From Octopus sinensis (lineage: Eukaryota): a stretch of 64,000 bases of DNA. Below, one piece after another: positions 41,708 through 52,996 of this stretch; within the stretch, counting starts at the first letter, position 1, and every line of letters begins with the position of its first letter. The stretch is from positions 45,756,001 to 45,820,000 of the forward strand of contig NC_043009.1 in assembly GCF_006345805.1 (NCBI RefSeq), written 5' to 3'. The position numbers were made by a program, and so were the translations under genes. The notes under the pieces were generated by a model. That model saw only the letters and a list, made by a program, of their open reading frames with translations, was not told the origin of the DNA and made no database searches.

Positions 41708-42060
41708 TAAAATATTAGGGAATAAATCCAAACTTATAGGGAAAAATCAGAGTTAGGATTAATCCAATTTTATGGTATAAATATATTATATTATATTATA
41801 TTAAATTAGAGATAAAACCACTATTAGGCAAATCAAACAATGAAAAACATAAGCCAATACATAAAATTAATTTAATTTATACCATTTTAAATATATATCA
41901 AAAGTATTAAAAGTTTAATAAAAGATAAAGAGTTCTTTATCTTTTATTAAACTTTTAATACTTTTTATATATCTTTAAATTAATATAAATTAAATTAATT
42001 TTATGTATCGGCTTATGTTTTTCATTGTTTGATTTGCCTAATAGTGGTTTTATCTCTAAT

Positions 42061-42065
<5 letters not shown>
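41708..42065. mobile_element. PLE-derived family P1 head-to-head palindrome, truncated before the hammerhead
   Basis: Arms of about 130 bp (about 41802-41931 and 41934-42062) with a 2-nt loop. Same sequence family as 1035-1500 and 52830-53222, flanked by (TA)n. Confidence 0.8.
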
Positions 42066-42099
<34 letters not shown>

Positions 42100-42148
42100 C
42101 TATCTCTCTGTCTCTCTTTATCAATACACACACACACACACACACACA

Positions 42149-42202
<54 letters not shown>

Positions 42203-43007
42203 CAAAGAAGTTAAATTTAGAATTAAAGAGTTAAGGTTTAGAAAGTAAGCATTAAATGCAGTATCCAAAAATTATTTCATGCTAAGGTCCAGGTAGTGTA
42301 CCTGCAGAGCTCGTTCACTTTTTATGGCTACCAAGCATCCTCAGCGATACTGTACGGTTCGTCGTTGGATCTACGTCCGAAATTCCGAGGTGCACGTAAG
42401 GAGTATTTTAAGTGATTACTAGAGAAGACGGAGTATAACTAGAAGTATTTATTAGTATAACAATCCTTTCACCTTCATTCTTCTCTGCGCCTTAGCGGCC
42501 GTGGGACGATGTAATGAGACCAGATACCATGCCAAGTGCAAAAGCGCCTCGTTAGGTGACATAGTATGCTTCAAAACTTAGATTTACATTTTATTTTCGT
42601 TTCAATTTATATGCTGATGGTGAGAGTGCAGAATGTAACCGAAACGATTGTGGCTGTTGTGTTAATTAATGCTTCTAGTTACACTCCAACTTCAGTATTA
42701 ATTTAAAATATATAAAGCTATATACACGCATATATGTATGTGTATATGTATGTATGGTGGATTCTCTTGTCGTCGTAAACGCGCCGTACATTAGCACATT
42801 GCCTCCATAAAATCGCCATTGTCCGTACAGGTGCATGGTGTACCACATGTCACATGTCGAAATAACAGAACAACATAAATTGAAATGTTTTGCTTAAGAA
42901 GATAACCCAACGCCCGGTCCGGAAATCGAAATCCACGATCTTCCTATCGTGAAGGATTTAATCATTTTTAAATAAATCTTCACTTTTAACATTATTAGCC
43001 ACTTGTA

Positions 43008-43391
43008 GTGGAGGCGCAATGGCCCAGTGGTTAGGGAAGCGGACTCGCGGTCGTAGGATCGCGGTTTCGATTCCCAGACCGGGCGTTGTGAGTGTTTATT
43101 GAGCGAAAACACCTAAAGCTCCACGAGGCTCCGGCAGGGGATGGTGGTGATCCCTGCTGTACTCTTTCACCACAACTTTCTCTCACTCTTACTTCCTGTT
43201 TCTGTTGTACCTGTATTTCAAAGGGCCGGCCTTGTCACTCTCTGTGTCACGCTGAATATCCCCGAGAACTACGTTAAGGGTACACGTGTCTGTGGAGTGC
43301 TCAGTCACTTACACGTTAATTTCACGAGCAGGCTGTTCCGTTGATTTGGATCAACCGGAAACCTCGTCGTCGTTACCGACGGAGTGCTTCC
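43008..43391 (+). mobile_element. SINE family C, full length, with a perfect 14-bp TSD
   Basis: Intact tRNA head (TGGCCCAGTGG; GGTTTCGATTCC). ATTAGCCACTTGTA occurs at 42994-43007 and 43392-43405. Confidence 0.95.
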
Positions 43392-44338
43392 ATTAGCCAC
43401 TTGTAACTTCATAAATATGCTCAGAAAGCAGAGAGCTTGAATTGAATGGAAGTTAAATTTTCTCTTCGATACATATTAAGCAAATACGAAAGTTTGTATT
43501 TTCGATGCCATACTATTATAATGAATGAATACCAACAACAACAACAAACAAGATCGTATATCATTTTGAAATTTTATTTCATGTTTTAACATCAAAGTGT
43601 ATTTTCTGTCAAACTCTAGTTTTATATATACGGTACATTGTACTTTTATGTCATCCTCCTATAAATATGCAATTTTTTTTTTTTCTAAAATCGCTGCAAA
43701 ATTTATTTCGTATCCTTCGAAACACAAAAGAAAGCAAGAAACATATGTGTATCGATGTGAATAGTCTTATTTAATTATTTATTTATTTATTTATTTGTTT
43801 ATTTATCTGAAGAGCTCTTAAGATGGTAGACAGTGTAGTGAGTTTGAATTAATGATTTATACTTTTTTTCTCCCAACAATTATGCTTCTGAACTCATTCC
43901 TCACCAGCCTTTGTGATTCCTTTCATCTTACTGTGGTCGAAAATTTACATCAGAATCAAAGAACCATTCCTCTCAGTCAGTTCAAACAAATATAAAAATC
44001 ATACACAATCAATGATAGAATTAGTATAAATAGCATAACTAGCTTTAAACTCTGCCTTTAGATACGTACAAAGAAGCCACATAGCCACGTACGGAGGACC
44101 AGTGTTATCCTCTAATCCCGACCATCGGTTCCGCTCCGCTGTGCCTACTATTACGTTTATCGAGCATCATACTAAACACTATAATCCTACCATCAGAATA
44201 AAGTAACTACTGCATGATAGAATCTCCTTGTAATACTCAACCAGACCGAGGTTTGATATATCAGGATCTTGGATACGTCGTTCCATATATCTGTATACTG
44301 ATGTTCTGTTGTCCCTGACTAGAAGAAAGGCAAGATGG

Positions 44339-44434
44339 ATGTCGACAGACAGCATAAACTTACGAACATTTATCAGTGCAAGCGTTTATATTTTCTTCAA
44401 TGGATTTGAGACGATGTCTTTTAAATTCCAGATA
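44339..44434 (+). CDS. Candidate first coding exon of the glutamate receptor gene (possible signal peptide)
   Basis: MSTDSINLRTFISASVYIFFNGFETMSFKFQI ending at a strong donor ATA|GTGAGT in phase 0; possible acceptor at 44322. Phase-compatible with 48650. Speculative. Confidence 0.25.
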
Positions 44435-47337
44435 GTGAGTAAAGGTGAATCTAACACACACACACACACACGCGCGCGCGCGCATCTACACATACACACA
44501 AACTCACATGCGCGCTAACTCACGCACGCGCACACGTACACACACACATGGATGTGTAAATGTGTATATGTATGCATCTTTGTATCTATCAATATATCTG
44601 TCTGAGTGTGTTTGTGTGTGGATGCGTGTGTGTTAGTGTAAAAGAAGACGAAAATCCAATTTTCATGTAAAAAAAGTTCCAGTAAAAGTATCTAATGTAT
44701 AAAGTTTTTAACAACTGGCTGACTGTAAGCACAATAAAAACTAATGATTTTTCTTCAGTGTTCTTACTGAACCCTTAGAGCAGGTAATGTTATAAGTAAT
44801 TTGTAAGCTAACAAAGAATCGAATCCTCAATAGCTACTGAAATTGAATAAGATCGAAAACAAAATACGGGATGTCACAACATTTTCGAAGTAATTAATTA
44901 GATAGAATTAATACAAGCCCCATCAAACCAAATTGAAAAATAATTTCACTGAAATACTTAGCAGCAAACCGATAAAGGTTTCCTTTTTAGATTTTAAACA
45001 AATACGTAAAGGTTTATGTCATTAAGGGGAAGAGAAAACAATGAAAGTGAAATGGGAGGAGTAAGTGAGAAAGAGAGATACAAAGATACAAAGAAAAATA
45101 CAGGAAGAGAATAGTATCATACACTACAATACAAATCAGCTGAAATGCTTAGAAATAAAAAAAAGTGTGCCAACACATAATACATAATGTTTAGATTTTA
45201 AAAGCCCTAATGGAGGATTACCTTTCCCCTGAATGGTTTGAAACTATTAAATTGCTTCCATTCTTACACAGGGTACTTTTTATACAGCATATCGTATTAG
45301 TTCCCGAAAGAATTTGGGAAATGTATTATATAAAATGCTTAGAGCCAATATTTATTTAAGAATACAATTTTACTCTTAAATTTATTTATTAACTGTTTAT
45401 TAAAATTATCGACAATTGTGGCAGTCAAGCATACATTGTTATGAAAACTGACATAAATGGAGTTAAATATTTGCAGTTGAGTAGTACAGCAGCTGAAATA
45501 CATTTCAATATTCCTCTCACATTGAAATACATTACCATACAGCAGAAATATATTTTAATTTTTAAAGGAAGGACCAAAGATAGTGTACGTTTTGTTGGCT
45601 CTTAAAATGGACATAGAAATATCTAAATAAATTTATAATTTAATTGGTTTGTTATACTGTGAAACTCAAAGCTATAATGCTTTGTATAGCCACAGTTCAT
45701 CCTTGCTTTCATAAATTTTTTAACTAAAAGCATTCTAGATTTGACCATCCGGTCCGTTTGTGTGTCGAACAATTTGTCGGCCAATGTAGCCATTATTTTT
45801 GAAGACAAAATTACCTGATTTGAGAGAATTTGGTTTATTAACAGGCCGATTCACCAGATGGCTACCCGTATTGGTTTTACTCCCCTTACGCCTTGTCGAT
45901 CACTTACATATAAATACCGTTAGAACGTAAATTCAAAATATGTTGCCACATAATAACATTGAAATTAACTGGAAAGTAACTGACGAGGCAAAGCTAAACT
46001 ATAGAATATGTGTAAATTACATTCATAAAATTATGGTTCCTTTTTGCCAATCGAAATCTAAATTATATATTCTGGTTGCGTATGAATCATATGATTAAAT
46101 ATATTAAATTTGAATTTTACTGTAGGCAAGAGAGTAAAAGTATAAAGAACCTATAAAGTTGCAAAACATCCGTTACTAGCAACATTTGAAAAATGTCCAC
46201 TTTTCAACAAAGATAATTTGAATAAATAAAATGTATTCAAACTTCGGTTAACACAAGCGCTACACCAAAAATAAAAATACAATCAAACAAGGAAGTTATT
46301 GAGGAGAGTGAGCCAGATGTACACACGCACACAAAGTGAGAGAGGGTGGAAGGTGGGAGACCATTTCATCCGGTAACTCTTACGCAAGTTTGCCTTATAA
46401 ATAAAACCAGAGAAATAGGTTGTCAGAAAGGCATTAAAATGTTAAAACTATTTATAGTAAAATTGTGTATTTGTGTATAAAAGGAGATTGAAATTTCAAA
46501 CAAAAAAGTGTAACTCAAAATATAAACGTTTTAATATATCAGTATTAAACGATGTGGAAGTTAATCGAGTTGACGCAATGATTCAATGTATGTTTAGACT
46601 TTTATCCGCCATCTGTAAGACTACGGTAGGAAAGAGGTAGGTGAGGAGATTACAACTTCGTTCAGTGGCACATACATACATTAAAATCAGTTTTATAATC
46701 TAAACAAAAGCTGGTTTTCTTTTCTGAGTTATGACTTCCCAGTTGATGCAAACGTCTTCGGATCGTTACACGATAGGCTTACGTAATAACGTTAGTGCTG
46801 TCCCTTGAAAACTGACACTTAACATATTTATGATACCTGTTTAGAAAATATTGAATAGATACTATAAGCTGTTACTGTTCATCACCATGAATGGTTTGAA
46901 GAGAGGATTTTGGAATGATGTACTTAAATACTCAATTCAAAGAAACAGTAGGGCTTCCATTTCACTCGTAATTCTATGTTCTAACTCATATAATGAATAA
47001 GAACATATTATTTCGGTGTGATATTATATATCCCACAGTGTTTGCGATATGTACGTATAGCAAATGAAATTAAAAAGCTGTTGTTATTTATCCTCTAGTC
47101 ATTTATGTTAGAGCTGAGATAATCTGAAGGGAACTTAGCTGCTACTTTTAGTGAATCAATTTTAGTAACTGGTTATACGAAACGTTTTAGTGAATGGTAT
47201 TTTCATAAAATATCCAGATTTACAGCCAAAATCAGGTAGTTTTTGGCATTAGTTATCTAAATTACACGGAGCATGATTATTCTGAATAAATGTGGGAAGA
47301 TAAAGAGCTGCATTGCGTTAGAAATAAACTGAAGATG

Positions 47338-47370
47338 CATTATTATTATTATTATTATTGTTGTTGTTGC

Positions 47371-47404
<34 letters not shown>

Positions 47405-47415
47405 ATTATTATTAA
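47338..47415. repeat. (TTA)n(TTG)n microsatellite
   Basis: Directly visible. Confidence 0.95.
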
Positions 47416-48649
47416 TAGTTCATAAATCGGATTTTGATAAATCTATTTCATTTCTTCGTTTACCCCAAACAATTTAGCAACAACTCAAACTTTAATTAAA
47501 TTGATTTCTAATAGCTTATTCACGCCAACTGTTGAGTGCATCATATTTTAATTAATCAAACATTTTGTTTATTATTCATGAAGGTAAAATAAATATTTGA
47601 ACCTAGGTCACGGCTTACGCACTTTTATCATGTTTCAAAATTAAAAAAACAAAACCAGCTTACCAATAAAGAATGAAGCATCTGTAAACTATACTGCACT
47701 TTTAGCCATTACGAAAGGTGACTTCCTGATATGATTCATGTTTACAGTCAGGTTATTGTGTTTTAATGAATCGAATCATTTAGCCACAGAAAAGCAGATA
47801 TCCTAAATCGAACTCATTGTTCCTTCAAGTGAAAAAAAACCCTGTTTAATGAAATCCACCACTTCTGCAGCCTCTTGTTAAGAGGTAGAAACTATTCAGA
47901 AGTTTACATGCAAAATCTGCCGCAAAAATTCTTGTGTTCACCGTTTATTCGTGATCTGTTTCATTTCATAGTTACATCGCTCATTATGATATAAAAACAC
48001 AGTATTAGTACATTGGTTGGTTTAGCTATTTTAATACTCTTTCGTACAGCACATAGATGCTGTGAATCAAACCACTGTGATGTACTGATGTTGCAACAAT
48101 TTTAAAGATTTTAATTACTGACGCAAGGTGAAAAACATTGTTTGCAATATTCAATGAAGTGTATTGTTATTTTAAAATCATTTCAAATTAACATCTGTTA
48201 TAAGAAAGATTTTCAGATATCATCGCTTGAATTGATTGTAGTCAATGTAATAAAAAATTTCCATTGTTGTTTTTCTTGTTTACTTCAGAAAATAATTGTT
48301 ACTTAACGACACATTAAATTTATACTACTAGCTAACACAGAGACACACACACTCTCATACATTAACTGTTGTTACTACTTACAATTCTGAACAAAGAATG
48401 GCACAATATCCAATAGAAAGAGATAAACCCACAGTATATATGTCAAAAAGCGTTGGGACAGTTTCGTTGTGAAAGAAAACAGGTAACTTACGAAAACGTA
48501 TTTTATTAAAAATACTCATATTAATGTGTTGATCTCTCTAGGAATGTTTTAGTTGATCGGTCAATCGAACTGATCTGCCTTTTCATTGAAATATAATGTA
48601 TGTGGTAGACACTTCTCAAAATAATCATGCCTTTATTGTTATCTTTCAG

Positions 48650-48755
48650 CAACTGTCCATCCAACGATTTTGGACAGTTGTTATTTCACAAATTTCTCAC
48701 AAAAGACTTGCGCCGAAGCACGTCTTTCATGGAGACGTAATAAGTATTTTATCTG
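48650..48755 (+). CDS. Candidate exon of the glutamate receptor N-terminal domain
   Basis: Acceptor TTATTGTTATCTTTCAG. Either QLSIQRFW...HGDVISILS with donor CTG|GTATTT (48756), or another frame with donor AA|GTATTT (48744). The frame is ambiguous. Confidence 0.3.
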
Positions 48756-49228
48756 GTATTTTATAAAACTACAGGCAAGGATAAGTACGACTGCTGGTGT
48801 ATGCAGTATGTATGTACACACACACACACATATCTATAATGTAGATGGATGGTACAAGTATTTTAACAATGAGAATAGGACAAAGTCAATACAACAAATA
48901 TTAGAATTAAATTCCCTGTAGTAACAGCATCAAATGTTTAGCTTCACTGGAAAAGGTTAACGCATTTATTGATAACTTTAGGCAATACACAAACGTGAAT
49001 GCGAATTAGATCTATGTTGCGTTTATCTTGCAATCATTAAAGATGGAATATTAAACTTGGGTTTGGTAACTGTAAATCACCGTCGCTTCAGTTGTAACAC
49101 AATGAGATTTTTGGGAGGGGCTGATTTCACGGAGAATTAAAAAGCCGCTTATGTCAAATTCATGATAAATTATTCCAAAACAGGAGAAATTTTGATGATA
49201 TCTTGTATTTAATATTTCGTTTATAAAG

Positions 49229-49423
49229 TGAAGAAAATACTTATTCTTTTCTAAAACCAAATAATGATTTGAAACGTAACGGAATATTAAACGTTGTCAT
49301 GACGTGCGTTGAAAATTCTAATATTATGTTGTTACATCATTGAATAAGTCACTATTACAACGAACATTTCAAAGTAATAAACTGATATTGTGTCTTACGA
49401 TGACAGCAAATAATCAAAAAGAG
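49229..49423 (+). CDS. Glutamate receptor N-terminal domain exon with an apparent 1-nt frameshift near 49322-49340
   Basis: Acceptor at 49228 (or 49233) and donor GAG|GTATGT in phase 0. 5' frame ENTYSFLKPNNDLKRNGILNVVM resembles GluN2 [25 protein letters not shown]. 3' frame SLLQRTFQSNKLILCLTMTANNQKE joins the next exon in phase. Confidence 0.55.
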
Positions 49424-50214
49424 GTATGTATTCAAGTATTGATGGATTCCATGAATTTTATGATGAAATTGTGCATTACAATGGTTAGTTATTGGAGAGA
49501 TATACAAACTCAAAGTTTCACATACATGCACACAGAAAAAAAATTGACAAATAGTTGTAACATCGCTTGAAGGATTTGAGCACCGTATCTGAGGTACAGC
49601 GTACAACAGTGTTAATCACAAAACTAGAGCGCCATCACCATCATCGTTCGCTATCTAATTAAATAGCTACAATGACGTATTAGTGACCTGTCAAGAGGAA
49701 TCCCAGTAGACAGCATACAAGTTATAGTATTATATATCTCTAATAAAGAAGGAACCAGAATATGTTTAGTCAGAAATAATGAAGATCTGGTTTCTTAGGG
49801 AATTTATGTACAGGCATAAACTAACGTTAAATTTATATTATAATTAACATACTACTCTATACACTACCGAGAAAAACGGTTTTATTCCTCTGTGTTTGTG
49901 ACTGTACGCGTGCTACTCAAATCTAAGTTCCTAAATGGAATTGTGATATGTCTCTAGACGATTTGCTAATCAATATTCTGGACTACTCGAGTATTTCTGT
50001 TCAATAAAACTGTGGGGTTTTGTTACCAATAAAAAACAATTTATTTGTTAAATATTATTTTTCAAAATGTTTGCTAAATGTCTTAAATCTTTCTTGTTGA
50101 CATTACTTTCTACATTAAACAAAAATTAGTGGACAATTTTTGCTATTTTTTCTTAAAACACACTAATATCAAAACGCTTTTCTAATATATTTCTATTTCT
50201 GTATAATTTTTCAG

Positions 50215-50532
50215 ATTGGTAATATGATGTACCTCAACTTGAAACCAAATAATGCCCAATTGGCAAAAGGCATAATAGCCTTCCTGGAAAATTACGATAC
50301 AGTACATACGTTTAGTCTCATTTCACAAGAGGAACTAATTGGCGATGGTTTTACTAGTGAAATAACCAAACTGATTCAGGCACACAAATGGATATTAGAA
50401 GAAAGTATAAAAATCTCGGAAACTGATACGGACGAAATAATTAATGTTAAGCTTCGTCAATTACGCGACAACAAGGCCCGTATCAATATACTTCATTGTA
50501 GCAATAATTTAATTACCAGAATCTTTAAACAG
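50215..50532 (+). CDS. Ionotropic glutamate receptor (NMDA-type) N-terminal domain exon, 106 codons, phase 0-0
   Basis: Acceptor TTTTTCAG and donor CAG|GTTGGT. YLNLKP...IIAFLENYDTVHTFSLIS...WILEESI...LRQLRDNKARINILHCS...IFKQ aligns by eye with GluN2 FQFGPS...MLNIMEEYDWYIFSIVT...WELEEVL...LKKLQSPIILLYCT and GluN1 EARVIILSAS. The subunit cannot be assigned. Confidence 0.8.
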
Positions 50533-50810
50533 GTTGGTTTCTATTTTATTTTAATTTCGTCAATTGACAATATTTGTCTAATTATTTACATATCATTTCT
50601 TTTCTCATTAAATTTTCAGCCCGTACATCTATAGGACTTATTCAAATTAATTACTAATGTAAACTATTATCCCATCTTTTCACGTGTATCATTATATTTC
50701 AGAATTTTTATAAATATGTGTGTATGTGTGTGCAAATATATCTATATATATATATAAATATATAAATATATATACTCATATACTCATGTGTATATATAAT
50801 CATACATATA

Positions 50811-50842
<32 letters not shown>

Positions 50843-50924
50843 GTGTGGTGTGTGTGTTGTGTGTGTGTGTGTATGTGTGTGTGTGTGTGTGTCTGTGTGA
50901 GTGGGTGTGTGTGTGTGTAGGGGA

Positions 50925-51082
50925 GAATTCACAAAAAAAACAAAAGACGAAGACAGGTGATGGAGACAACAAACAGATGTATTAGTTTAATGCTTGGGAA
51001 GTGAAAAAGTCTTTAACGTTTCGAGCCTACGCTCTTCCACAGAATGGAACACAGAAAGAAACAAGGAGAGAAAATAAATAAA

Positions 51083-51090
<8 letters not shown>
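50925..51090 (-). mobile_element. Short repeat with a hammerhead-like variant core
   Basis: Minus strand CTGTGGAA-GAGC-GTAG-GCTC-GAAAC-GTT-AAAG, between microsatellites. Confidence 0.4.
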
Positions 51091-51137
<47 letters not shown>

Positions 51138-51139
<2 letters not shown>

Positions 51140-51705
51140 AATCAAGGAACGGCCATAATAGGCCATTCACCCACTAGAAATAACAGCCAAAAGCCTCAAC
51201 CGCAAAATAACATCAATTCCGTAAACCAGGAGAAAATTAAAAAACATTTACCCTGAAATTTCTTATACGATGCACCGTTTCATCTACTGTTTAATGGTAA
51301 ACTAACCTGATTAAATTAAATCAAGCCAATCTACCATAGGCCCTTAGATTCATCAGTAAGAAATAGCCAAGTCGGAACAGATATTTTTCACGAGGCATTC
51401 CCGTCCCTGCCTCGGCAATATCTGACCTAAAATTTTCAAATCATCGCACTCGCGCCAAATTTATCGGCAGCAAATAAATATAAGCCGCCGATTCCATTAC
51501 GGAATTAATTTTCTCCTGGTTTACGGAATTGATGTTATTTTGCGGTTGAGGCTTTTGGCTGTTATTTCTAGTGGGTGAATGGCCTATTATGGCCGTTCCT
51601 TGATTGGTATGTTGAACTTAAAAATGGTCTATGACTATTTAATTTTTTCCCACTAGGCCGCTGGTGGCAAAAAAATTCTACAAAATTTTTTGCCACCCTA
51701 TATTG
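51138..51705. mobile_element. PLE-like pLTR remnant (family P2) with inverted arms
   Basis: About 51138-51242 is the reverse complement of about 51503-51608. It contains a hammerhead motif and is flanked by (TA)n. Confidence 0.75.
51259..51363 (-). ncRNA. Type I hammerhead ribozyme motif with a large stem II insertion
   Basis: Minus strand TTTCTTA-CTGATGA-ATCTA...TAGAT-GAAA-CG-GTGCAT-CG-TA-TAAGAAA: 7-bp stem I, 5-bp base of stem II, 3-bp stem III, GUA site. Confidence 0.85.
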
Positions 51706-51724
51706 ATTAATCATATATATATAT

Positions 51725-52135
51725 ATATATATAATGGGACAAGAACAACAAAAAAAAAACAGGTAGACGATACAAAGAAAGCAAGGACGGGTTATTCGAA
51801 GTTTTCTTTCTTCAGTCAAGCACCAGAATATCATCGCAATTTCGGCTAATTATTCTTGAGATTGCATCAATCTGGCCAGGCCCAGGGAAACACTAAGCTA
51901 AGTGCATTGGATTCTTTGGAAGGAAGCAGTGAATGTGTACCAAAGCAAGAACGGAAAAAACGGACAGTGTTACACAAATATAAATACAATAAAAATAATA
52001 TCAGGACATAACAACAGGTGTCTTTCGACTAAGGACGAATTGAATTAAGCTGGCGAGTGTGGAAATGAAGCGTTACGGCAGAGATACAAACATTTCACAA
52101 ACACTGGTAAGAATATCGATGTTGTACGGGCAACG
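51725..52135 (-). mobile_element. Repeat family P3 (probable PLE 3' end/pLTR) carrying a permuted hammerhead-like motif
   Basis: Homologous by eye (roughly 70%) to 58085-58345 on the + strand. The upstream minus-strand sequence has a broken ...HTRQ-LN* segment like PLE GIY-YIG termini. Confidence 0.6.
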
Positions 52136-52162
52136 GTCATACCATATATATATATACATACC

Positions 52163-52340
52163 CTTTTATTTGTTTCAATCATTTGATTGCGGCCGTGCTG
52201 GAGCACCACCTTTAATCGAACTATTCTTTGTAAGCCTATTACTTATTCTATCGAACAGATTTGCTGAACAGCTAAGTTACGGGTACTTAAACACACCAAC
52301 ATCGGTTGTGAAGCGACGGTGGACAAACACAGGCACACAA
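52163..52340 (-). mobile_element. SINE family A, 3' half
   Basis: Reverse complement of the family A tail. Confidence 0.85.
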
Positions 52341-52362
52341 ATATATACATGCAGATATATAT

Positions 52363-52724
52363 TCTTTTATTCTTTTACATATTTCAGTCATATTACTGTG
52401 ACTATGCTGGAGCACCACCTTTATTCGAGCAAATCGACCCCAGGACTTAGTCTTTGTAACCCTGGTACTCATTCTATCGGGCCCTTTTGCCGAAATGCTA
52501 AGTTATAGGGACGTAAACATACCAACATCGGTTGTCAAGCGATGTTGGGGGGACCAACAGAGACACACAAAGATTTACACGCACATACATATATATGATG
52601 GGCTTCTTTTAGTTTCCGTCTACCGAGGCTTCAGTAGAAGACACTTACCCAAGGTTCCACGCAGTGGGACTGAACCCGAAACCATGTGGTTGGTTAGCAA
52701 GCTACTTACCACAGAGCCACTCCT
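52363..52724 (-). mobile_element. SINE family A, full length with an internal deletion
   Basis: Head at 52724 (AGGAGTGGCTCTGTGGTAAGTAGCTTG) through tail at 52363. Confidence 0.9.
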
Positions 52725-52996
52725 AAATAATACATATGTATATATATATGTTTGTAAAATTATGTATATGCACATACTTACACCTATACGTATATATATG
52801 TATATATATATATATATAATAATAAATATTAGGGAATAAATCCAAATTTACAGGGAAAAAAATCAGATTTAGGATTAAATCCAATTTTATAGTAGAATAT
52901 TATAAAATATTATTAGAGACAAAACCACTATTTTGCAAAACAAACAAGGAAAGACTTAATCAATACATAAAATTTAATAAATAGTCAAAAAAACCG

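Noticed and set aside
43008-43085. tRNA gene-like sequences at the SINE heads
   Set aside because: A/B boxes are present, but they continue into SINE bodies and lack a complete cloverleaf with acceptor stem and terminator, so they are not called as tRNAs.
45623-45790. Minus-strand ORF MATLADKLFDTQ... with a Kozak-like context
   Set aside because: It is short, has no recognisable domain, and has no supporting splice structure.
46390-46650. TATAAATAA and a downstream donor-like GAG|GTAGGT as a possible promoter or first exon
   Set aside because: TATA-like words are ubiquitous at this AT content and there is no independent support.
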